From the NCBI RefSeq assembly GCF_964355755.1, contig NC_092674.1, positions 29,016,001-29,080,000 on the forward strand: a DNA stretch of 64,000 nt. The letters run 5' to 3'. This document shows positions 26,701 to 38,700 of the stretch, in pieces. The number at the start of each line of letters is the position of its first letter. Position 1 is the first letter of the stretch. The stretch comes from Antedon mediterranea. Taxonomy: Eukaryota; Animalia; Echinodermata. The position numbers and the translations under genes are program-made. Below the pieces are notes generated by a model that saw nothing but the letters and a program-made list of their open reading frames with translations, had not been told where the DNA came from and made no database searches.

Positions 26701-29700
26701 GAAATAAATGCTTTAAAAATGATGTGAAATGCTATTAAATATGGCACATTTTTTCCAACCATTTTTTATTTACTGAAAGTTTACACAGATAAAAAAAACA
26801 TGAACCGTAAAATAAGGTATGATAACCACAATCATACATATCATCCGGCTGTATCCAGTATTAATTCGCCAAACTACTATAAACTGTGTAACTTGTTTAC
26901 ACGTGTTTGTATGGGTGATGAAAGTTCACAAACTAACATTTGTTAAACGGTACTGTATCCTGTCTCGAGGAACAATACAATCTTGTCCAGGGGCTTCTTT
27001 GAAAACACTCTCAATGAGTACGAATGTACCTACTGTACTGTTTGATTAATCAATGTATTTTATGGTACTGTAGCTGTAAACAGGAAATGTAGTCAATACA
27101 CATAGACTTGGCTTGGCAAATATTGAAATAATGTGAAGGAGCTTCTATATTCATTAATTGTGTTCGAGACGCTTCCAGACAATCACGACGAGAGTGGCCT
27201 ATTTAATTTCATTTAGGACCATTGATACTAACTGTACACAGATAACAAAAATATATAAAATATTTTATTATATTTAGTTTAATGCAAAAATTTAAATAGC
27301 ATTCATGTGAATAAACTTACTACTAAATTTTATGTGCAACAATTTCAAATAACCGGGTTAATCATGGTGCCCCTTCTAAAAAAATAACTTTTTTTTTTTC
27401 AAAAGACCTAGGTTTGTAATGTAAAATAAGGTTATTATCATTGATCTCCTTTGAAATTTAGTAAACCGCCATAAACCTTGCCCATTGAATGCATTGTATT
27501 TTGTGTAAAAATGTTTAACAAAGGATATCTATATATAGCAGGATACTGAGCTCCCCTTGCCAATATAGGAAGTCATTATGGGAGTTAGCTTCCTTTTTTT
27601 TAGCTACAGTACTTGTTTTATATGTTTTTCCTTTAAATGTGGTTTTCTTTCTATGCAAGTTCCAGCACATAATAAAGTATAGTACCTGTATGTTTAAGTA
27701 ATTATGGTTGTGCATGGTTTAATGCGAGTCCATCGATTTTGCATTAATATACTGAACTACATTTTCTTGTTGTACTGTACCTGTATTTAAGATTAGAGAA
27801 CACTTTTGTCAGTAATATTAACAAAACTGTACCGTACTGTGCCTAAATGCTACTGTATGGAAAAATAGTTCTTCTACGCATTCCTATTGTAAAGCTCTGT
27901 CTACACTATTAAACTTATGTGAAAAAAAAATTTGATTTGCCCATGGACATGACGATGTCATATCACTACCATATATTGGGCATCCTTTTTTCGTCACTAA
28001 CTAGTTTGATAGTGTCTAGACTGGGCTTTACAGTACAATAGGAATGTACAGTACAATGGGAATGCAACATAAAAAATAACAGTTATTTGATTGGCACTGA
28101 CTGACAGCTATTGACCTTGAGTCAACTACACTGCAGTAACGTTTGAATTAACCGCCAGGACCAATTGCATTTTGGGTAATTCTATTTATATTTTACTCTG
28201 ATTTATTTTGGAGCAAAATTAGGCAGAAATGCAGACAATATAAAAATTACATTTTGAAATTAAAAAAAAACGGTTTATTCGGCGCTAATGTACAGTATGC
28301 AGCAGAAACAGACCCAATGAAAGCCTGTTAGAAAATCAGGAAGTTATAAACAATATGGACAAGTAGAATGAACTTATGACCTAACTATTTTATGATTACT
28401 CAATAGGAATGTTATCAGAAAAACAAATTCATTTTTTTATATGCATTATTGTTCAGGACCATATTGTTTATAGTATCATAAAAACATTTTGTTTTCTTAT
28501 GTGTACACTGTACTGCATATAAGTACATATGGAACTTGAGAAAAATACAAACAATACAATCTATATTACCACAACATTATGATTTGGCAAAAAAGTATTG
28601 GAAACCCCCTAAAAAAAAAAAATTTCTAAACAAATCATCGTACGCACTGTACAGAAACAGTGTGCTTACACTACTGTGTAGCCAGAATTAAGCGTGGTTC
28701 CCACTAGCGACGCAACGCAAGGACGTAACGCAACGCAAGTGAATTGACCAAACACAAGCGATGGCTTATTCGCTTGTGATTGCTAACTGTCTATAACTTC
28801 GCTTGTTATTGGTTAAATTCTAGTGGGAACCAAGCTTTACTAATAAAATCAATTTAACTCTACTTGATTAAGAATGTAGGCCAAACTGCGTCAGCACTCT
28901 TTTTTAAATATCTTCAGTACTATAGAATACATTTGTTTATTATTTTGTTCCAAATGTTTTGAATTTTGAATGAATTATGTTAAGCTGACTGGTAGCCTAG
29001 TTGATGAAATACTGTATTGGGGTTGGCCTCTATACATGACCCGATTCATCTTATTCAGCTGTTGTTACCTACTGTGTTATTGTAAAGATAACTGTAAATC
29101 ATGTAGAGCTCAATTTGAACACATTTGATGAAGTACAGTATGTAGGTTGCAGTGAAATGAAAGGTCAAGGATATTGTAGTAGAATACAAAGCAAAATAGA
29201 TTGGGTTACCACTTGAATTAACACCTGGGCATTCAGATAGGGTGGGGGATTGCTTTAATAAATTAACACCTGGGCATTCAGATAGGGTGAGGGGTTGCTT
29301 TAATAAATTAACACCTGGGCATTCAGATAGGGTGGGGGATTGCTTTAATAAATTAACACCTGGGCATTCAGATAAGGTGAGGGGTTGCTTTAATAAATTC
29401 TATACAAATGAATAGAATGCAAGTTTGTGTAAAAACGAGTGAATAAAGCTACAGTACAGTAGTTTGACAACAAAAATGTGATGTGCCCAAATATGGTAGG
29501 GATGTGCCCAAATATGGTAGAGATGTGCCTAAATATGGTAGTGATGTCATATGTCCATATGAGCACATCACATGTTTTTGTCACATAAAGTTTGATACTG
29601 TAGTGTAGACAAGGCAAATGTGATTTAGTAGAGGGTTAGTGAGAATAAAACTTTAACAAGCAGGCCATGATGAAAAATGATGAAAAATTGTAGTTTTTGT

Positions 29701-32700
29701 GCTGTAAGGACATACTGTATTGTAGTGAGCTTTCCTTAATAGACAAAGTGTGTACAGTACAGTACCGGTGTACAGTACTGTATGTATGATTATGCCCGAC
29801 TACTGTCGTGAATGAATTTCAATTAGTCTTACATTTGACAATGTCAATTAGTCTAGCATTCATCAGAATGATGGATGAAACTAAACCAGGACTGTTTTAA
29901 GCACCTTTGGCTCGTCTCATCATTGACCCAGACGGGCTTCTTTCTGTCAGTGCCCACCTTAACCAAAGGAGAGGCATAAGCCAATACATCTGAGGCAGAT
30001 ACTACTTTAGATGCAGGGTCTGCCAATAAGAGTCAGCAGTGCTGATCTGAAATGCCTATTGGGATCCAAGCTCCAGTACAGCACCCGGTATTCCCAGATA
30101 TTCTCTCATCCAAGTTATATCAACCAAAATTCAGATAAAGACCGGGGTATACTGGGATTATACTGTAACTCGTGTGATTAACCTTATTATTAAATCTAAC
30201 GTCGCCTACAGTACGTCTTGAAACAAAAGGCCATGAAGATCACTCAAAAATCAAATTCAAGTATTCTTTATTCATCATCAATCATGAAAATATACAACAA
30301 TATATGAGAACATAAAAAAAAAAGATGAAAAGGAAACACATAAAAACTCAAAAGAGCTTGATTAGTTGTGTCCCCCTACGTCCCTAACTAGCCTAAAAAC
30401 TAAAACATAAATAATAAAAAAAGCTAAATCCTGCAACAAGTATTATTTTAAAATTATTTGTAAAATGATAATAAATGTTCTTTAAACAATGATTTAAATA
30501 TAAATATTGATTTGGTACTTTGTAGTTCGTAATTCAAGTCATTCCACAATTTAGGTCCCACACATGACACAGTAAAACTAGTAGAAGTACGATTACGTTT
30601 TCTTAGTCTCATTTTGTCTTTAAATCTTGGTAAGAACCATTTTTAATAAAGAGCGATGAAAAATGCACGTCCTGATTAGTAGTAACATTATACATGAAAA
30701 TCCCAATTTGGTACCTATTGATATAGCATGCACAGTACAATATAAACAAGTTTTCGGTATTTGTTTGTTTCATTTATTTATTTTTCACAAATTGAACAAA
30801 AAAGAACAGATATAGTACTGTATTATACTTTAGAAAAAAAAAGGTTGATTGTAATTTACTAAGTTTATTGTATTGAGTATTTGGAAAGCATTCTATTAGT
30901 TGATATATTGATTGAACGTTATTCAGAGTTTTCAAGAAATCCAAGTATGATCTGTAGGCCTACAGTATACAGTTAATCTCTCTCCAGTGCATATACCAAC
31001 ATTTGTTCAAACAAAATCTTCAAAAATGTAATCATAAAGTCCTTTAAAGTGTTTATTCAAGATCTACACTGTACACAGCAGACAGAATACAACACAGACA
31101 GTGGTATAGACAAACTGCTATATATCCTGTATACTCTAGTAGCTAGATCAACTTTCGTATGCACTTTGAGGTCCAGAGAATTTGACTTCAGAAATTGGTT
31201 TAGGGTGGTCAAACAATCATTTTTGGCTTGGTTACACATTTTGAAAATGTGGCGAAAGGTCAAAAGGTCAGGGTGAAAGGTCATAAGACCAAACACCAAT
31301 ATGTCCTTAAATCTGAACAACCACTGGTCACAGCAAAGTAATTTTGGTCTCAAATTGATCAGAAGGTATACATTTATATTTAGTCTAATGGGACATTTTA
31401 GTTTAAAATGACCGGAAATGCCATTTCTGACCTTTGACCCACAACCCAGGGCATGTATTTATCTCCGTAACTACTGGTCGTAGACACTTAAATTTGGTTT
31501 TAAATTGTTCGAAATATATATTTTGTTATATGAAAAACATTTTGAAAAATGTTACAAAACGTCAAAGGGTCAGGGTCAAGGGTTATATAAACAAATAAAT
31601 AAAGGTACTTGTATCTCGGCAACCACTGGTCGCAGCAAGTCAATTTTGGTCTCAAAATGTTCAGAAGGCATGCATTTATATTCCGTCTAATGGGGCATTT
31701 TAGTAAAAAATGATCAGAAATGCCATTCCTGACCTTTGACCCACATACCATGGCATCTTCATATCTCTGTAAGTACTGGTCATAGAAACTTAAATTTGGT
31801 ATCAAATTGTTTGAAATATACATATTTACATTCATTGTAATAGAAAATGTGGTTAAAAGATGAACAGAAAATACTATTACTAATGTTTCAAACAAAAAAC
31901 ATATCTCTACACAACTTATCCTTAGACAGTAATGTTATGCAATATGATACTTTAAATTGTTTCAATTTCAAGTAGGCCTACTAGTTATTGCTGTCCACGA
32001 GAACATTTTGATATAAACATCAAGCTCAACAGTTCTTTTCAGAATGCTAGAAGTAACTTGCCATGTGTATCCGATTAAACGCCCCGGGCATTTATTGTTC
32101 AAAAGGGTTTTTAGGGGGAGGGGAGGCATCTTTATTTGGGGTATAATATGGTAACATGTATAATCAAATAAATACCACCTAGATGTAAAAAAATACTGCA
32201 CAATTAATATAAAAAAATGATAACATTATGTCAAAATGCTTGGTAAATTGTAGATTATGGTAATTAATGAAATGTGTTGTGATACAATTATTTTGTAAAT
32301 GCATGTGGCGGAGCGTTTATTCCACATGATGTTCTATAGGATGGAATGGAGGCTTTTATTCAAAGCGGGTGTGTTAATTCGAATAAATACTCGAGCTCAA
32401 CAGTTAAGAATGCTAGAAGTAACTTACTATAGTTACCCGAATAAAAGGTCCGGGCATTTAGTTATTCAGGGAAGGCGTTTATTTTGTTTGGGTGTAATAA
32501 TGGTAACATGTATAATCAAATAAATACACCCCAGATAAAAAAAAAAAAAATTAATATAATAAGAATAATATCTGGATTAAACCTCATTCTATCCTGTTGC
32601 AAGTACAATCATGTAATAAAAGGTATCACAGACAACTATAATAGACCAATTCATTGTTATGATTCCGTAACACTGTTGCATAATATTTTTGAATGTTACC

Positions 32701-35700
32701 GACAAAACTTATAATATGTATAAGTTTTGTCGGTGTATATTATACACGTCTGTTCCCAGTGTAGATAATAAAACAATATATGTTTCTGGAGATTTATTAT
32801 CAATACCACTAGAAACTTTGACATGTTTTAGGTACTGAATTCATTGATAATAAAAGCATCAGAAGTTATCATGATAAAATCATACTACAACACTGTACAC
32901 AAGGGTGTTTTCAGGAAAGCTGGACATATTGTACAATAGTAATGAAGCTATGTATTGGCATTTAAAAATATGCAAAAGATTGTTGTCAAATTGTAGTCAC
33001 AAACAAACAGATGATAGAATGAAGATCCATTATGAGTGCAATTGTGTCAGGATAATGATGTGTCATTGTTTTATATAATTATACTGGCACCTGGAAGAGA
33101 AGATCCATTTAATGTTATCTATGACAGTGTCACTTTTATTCTAAAAGACAGAAACATTTTGTTAAAAAGCATAAAGAAAACAACGAATCATGTAAAGTAC
33201 CTTTTATCAGTTGAGAAACGAATTATAATTATTAAAATTAGAGTATTTATTCGAATTAACACCCGCTTTGAATAAAAGCCTCTCTCAAATAAACGCCACC
33301 ATTCCCTCTAATAGAACACCATTACATGTGGAATACGCCCGCCACATGCATTTACACAATGATTGTATCTACAATTTACCAAGCATTTTTTTCACTTTTT
33401 GATATTAATTGTGCTGTATTTTTTTTTACATCTAGGTGGTATTTATTTGATTATACATATTACCATATTATACCACAAATAAAGATGCCTCCCCTGCCCC
33501 TAAAAACCCCTTTGAACAATAAATGCCCGGGGAGTTTAATCGGATACACATGGCAAGTTACTTCTAGCATTCTGAAAATAACTGTTGAGCTTGACGTTTC
33601 TATCAATGTTCTTGGGGTCAGCAATAACTAGTACTTGAAATTGAAACAATTTAAAGTATCAGTTATTGCATAACATTACTGTCTAAGGATAAGTTATGTA
33701 GAGATATGTTTTTTGTTTGAAACATTAGTAATAGTATTTCTGTTCATCTTTTAACCACATTTTCTATTAAAATGAATGTAAATATGTATATTTCTACGAC
33801 CAGTACTTACAGAGATATGAAGATGCCATGATATGTGGGTCAAAGGTCAGAAATGGCATTTCTGATACTTTTTGACTAAAATGTCCCATTAGATTGAATA
33901 TGAAAGCATGCCTTCTGAACATTTTGAGACTAAAATTGACTTGCTGCGACGAGTGGTTGCCGAGATACAAGTATCTATTTTTATTTGTTCATATAACCTC
34001 TGACCTTGACCCTTTGACCTTTTGTAACATTTTTAAAAATGTGCTACAAATAATAAATATTTATTTCAAACAATTTAAGACCAAATTTAAGTGTCTACGA
34101 TCAGTAGTTACGGAGATACATACATGCCCTGAGGTGTGGGTCAAAGGTCAGAAATGGCATTTCCGGTCATTTTTGACTAAAATGTCCCATTAGACTGAAT
34201 ATAAATGTATACCTTCTGATCAATTTGAGACCAAAATTACTTCGCTGTGACCACTAGTTGTTGAGATTTAAGGACATATTGGTGTTTGGTCTTATGACCT
34301 TTCACCCTGACCTTTTGACCTTTCGCCACATTTTCAAAATGTGTAACCAAGCCAAAAATGATTGTTTGACCACCCTAAACCAATTTCTGAAGTCAGATTC
34401 TCTGGACCTCAAAGTGCATACGAAAGTTGATCTAGCTACTAGAGTAGTATGGTTTATGGTCTTCCTAGAATACTAGACGTACTGCAGTACTTGCGTAATT
34501 TTGTTATGAAGCGTGCGTGGGTTGGGGGGTCAATGTGCCCATACTGATTTGATTTTTGTCATAGATTTGTGTCAATACATGCATTCAGAACAATGATATC
34601 TAGAACAATGATAATATTAGGAATTTATTAATCTACTGTATATGAAATAAACTAAACTACAGTAAACTATAACAACTGGAAAAAGACAAAATGATTATTA
34701 TTACTGTATTGTATCATGGTTGTATCAATGTTTTTGGTTTAAAGTTATAATTTAGGCCAGACTAATTCTAAAAATTGCAATGCAAAATTTAGGGCATGAA
34801 GTAATAACTTTAGCATTTCATTACATGCTCTTTTATTGTACCTTATATTTAAACCCATTTTAAATTTTATTTTCAACTCAGCTAAATTTTGCCCTACCAC
34901 CCATTCTTAGAAGTTCCGGAACCTTGTTTAAAGAACTTGGCATGAACCTCCAACCCACCTCCCCTCCCACTTATACAGTATGAATATCCCTGACAATTAA
35001 TTTTGCACTAATGAAGGGTTAGTGTTGCCTGTAAGCTCTACTAAATTTTCTGGCTGTTTTACATTAATCGTTTTGAATAGCTTTTTGCTTATTTTATTTT
35101 GTCTCTCCATTGAAATCCACCCATTGATACCCACATCATTGTCATTTTTTCAATCCTTATTTTATTTTGCATCTCCATTGAGATCCAGCCACTGATACCA
35201 TCAGCATTGTCATTTTTCAGTAATTTGGCTTTGGATTTGACTATTAAATATTATTTTAGTTTTATATAATATTCACTGGATGGCAACTTCTTTTATTTTC
35301 TTTGTAAATAAAGTAGATAAATAAATGACAAAATTAACATTTATATTTACAAAATTTATTTCAGAACACAAGCTCGGACTTGGCTGTCAACGGGTTGGTA
35401 TACCATGCTACTAGCCATGGATGTTTGCGACGCTACTAATGTATATGGAATGGTAGATGATACATATTGCATGTAAGTTTTATGCATACTCAATTTACAT
35501 AAATTATGGCAGGCTTTTCTGTTTACCACTCGTCTGTGTAAATTGCCACTTAAATGAGTAAGTGGTCGAGCAGTTAAAACAGTGGAACCGTAATTTAGTA
35601 GCAAAACATCGGCAAGGGTTCGAGGCTCACATGCTCCATGGTTCTTGTGGTAGAACGAGTCTTCTCGGTTATAAACCATACAGTATGTCCAGTGTACACA

Positions 35701-38700
35701 TACCCTAGCATATCTTTTCAGACAAATAGGTGGTTACCCCGTCGTACTAGTACACACACAGCCAATTTCACACACAGTCACTGATCATACAGTAACTGGG
35801 CCCTCTGGGATACCAGTCTTTGACTGAAGAGGTTACCCAGTTATATAAATATTAGTCAAATATGAATCATAGCCAGGATATTAAAGCTCTGTTTATTTAC
35901 AATACCATATTCAAACTATGACAGATAGCATTTGACTGGGTTGTTATCAGCCTCAGTGGTTTAGCATAAAGTACTGTACATATTGTATTGTCAATTAGTG
36001 GATTGTTATTGATTATTGAGTATCGATCTTGAAACAAAGGGACAGACGAAAGAAATCCATGTCCACCACATACAGCTGCACTGCAGGCGCAATTTTCGAT
36101 TAACTGCTGCTCCACCGGACTATAAATAAAATGTGTGGAAGGAAAGTATTTCTTTTTAACAAAACTACCATTGAATGTTTTCTCCACTTGTACCATCCCA
36201 CTATAACTACATTGTAGTGTTACAGCTAATGTCTCACACTAAAACCAGTATATTCTGAATGGAAAATCTATTGTAATGTTACTAATTATTTTTCACTGAT
36301 ACTGTATTTGACCCTTTTTTCCCCCTCTGGGAGAGTAATTGAAAAGGTCAACCATTTGAGTAACAACACACAAAAAAAATACCCATTGAAATAACAAAAT
36401 AGGAGGTCAAATTATGAGGCTATACATACTGTACAGTAATTACAGTAATTTAATATAATCCAAAAGCATATTACTGAAAAAAAGACAATGCTGTGGGTAT
36501 CAGTGGCTGGATCTCAATGGAGATACAAAAAAAAGCAAAAAGCTAAATCAAAATGATTAAGTAAAACAGCCAGAAAAGTTAGCAGAGCTTTCGGGCAACA
36601 CTAGCCCTTCATCAGTGCAGTAATTTAATATGATATGTATTGGCCTAGTGGTCTACCATTTTCATTTATTAATATGTTTTTTTTTAATGAATGATACTAA
36701 TTTAAACAGTAGTAAGAATTTCATTTTTATTTTATTAAATAATAATGGTATTTTTAAGGCACCCTTCCAAAGAAAGTTGTGTACATAACCCTACATCAAA
36801 TACTTAAAAATGAACATTCTTAAAATTACATGCATTAAAATTTACGATAAATAATATTACAAGCCTTGTTCATTCTATTGTAAATTATACGGATGATAAA
36901 ATTTCTTTTTTTATAAGCTTTAGTAAACAGAAGTACTATAGTTGAAGAAGTCATACAGTCTGAGTAAATATTAATAATACCAGTTTATGATTGTAAACTC
37001 TGAAACACAAATATTAAATGTAGTTTTATGTGACAATAAATTGAATCTTGAAAGAATATTGCAAATATTACACTACTTTAAACTACAAAGGATGAATCAC
37101 TCCGACCATTATTTATTGATCTTAACAATTCGTTCATAATAAATCTAACTATTTCATTATGATTATTGAATCAGCTTTCCCTGGGGCTCTTTTCAGATTA
37201 TTATTAAATTAATCATCATCATTAAAGCTTGATTCCCACTACACATAATTATCGATCAAGCGTGTTGACCAATGACAAGCGATAGTTTGAATAATCTATC
37301 ACTTGTGATTGGTCAACTCACTTACGGTGTGTTAAATCCTTGTGTTGCGTCTCTAGTGGGAACCAAGCCTTATAATAAGCCATACTTTATGTACCACATG
37401 AACAATACTGTAAAATATTTAGTGTTGTATTGTACTCTATCTAGCCCAGAATATACATTAAATGTAATTAAATGGGTCATGTCTGGTAAGTCCTTTGAGC
37501 TGGCTAATTTTTATCAGCTTTGTCCATAATGTAAACAATAGGCCACACATTTTACCACAAGACTCAACATCTGTGCTTAAAATTCAGACTATTTTTATAT
37601 ACTGTGTATAGTAGTGTGTAATATAGTATCTATAATTTTTGTATAATAAAATTATTAAAGTACTGTACTTTGACAAATGTGGTGAGTATTCCAAAGAAAG
37701 TACAAAAAATTTATTTTTTATTATTTAAAATATACAATAGAGTTATTACTGTATATGAACAATAAGTACCATGCCTATACAGAGAAGCTCAATTTTCGAA
37801 TAATCAGAAATGTTGTCGAAAGGCTTTCTGACAGTAATAACCCATAAGTATTCTAGTTATTATGTTTATCGTAGGCAAAATGTCTAAAAAATATTATTGA
37901 GAATTTTGCGAATTTTGTAATCTTTTATTTTTATGTTTGTTGTATAAACATGAAAGACTTTGGACTTAACATACAATCTTAAGCTTTCATGAGATTTGGT
38001 CAACGTAATTAATTAACAAGCTACTGGTTCTTTAAAGATAATTTATTTCCTCTTTAGATAAAATGTGTAAAATAATTATTCAATTCAAAGTTAATTTTAT
38101 AAAGATTGTATTCACCATTTACATTTGTACTTACTATCAATTCCCAATGGTATTCTAAACTGTAACATGACAAGCAGTGAATATCTGTATTGTATGTCAC
38201 ATTAAAGTTGAATACAATAAATCTATTCCCTATCCATCTGCTACTGTGACAGTTTGGATTGAAGTTTATCCATCTATTCTTCTAAAAAGAAATCACCTAT
38301 GTAAGCTCTTTGCTATTTTAAAGGCTGCTTTTGTCATGGCTAAACTGTGAATACATAATGTATGAGGCTGAAGAGATATGGTTTATCATTAGTATGTCCA
38401 AGGACGTTAAACCTGAAAATATAGTCTGGAACTAGCATACTGTAGGTGCCCACAGTATAATAGACAAACAAATACTAAAACCATGGATTACTATTTTAAA
38501 ACCAAGATACATTTTCTTGAAGATTTAAAACACTACAGTAATAATAATAGAGGAGCTATTTCTTTTAGAAAATAATTTGTTTAGTAGTGTGTGATATTCT
38601 GATTGTACAGTACAACCATTTTCTGGGAAGCAGAATTAAAAAAAAGATTTAAAATACTACAGTAATAATAAAAGGAGCTATTTCTTTTAGAAAATAATTT

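Noticed and set aside
30077-30115. 5S rRNA gene
   Set aside because: Only the 3' ~40 nt is present, it is diverged, and there is no T-run terminator.
31049-34476. Paired similar ORFs suggesting a duplicated gene
   Set aside because: They are mirror translations of the inverted arms, with no splice structure or protein motif.
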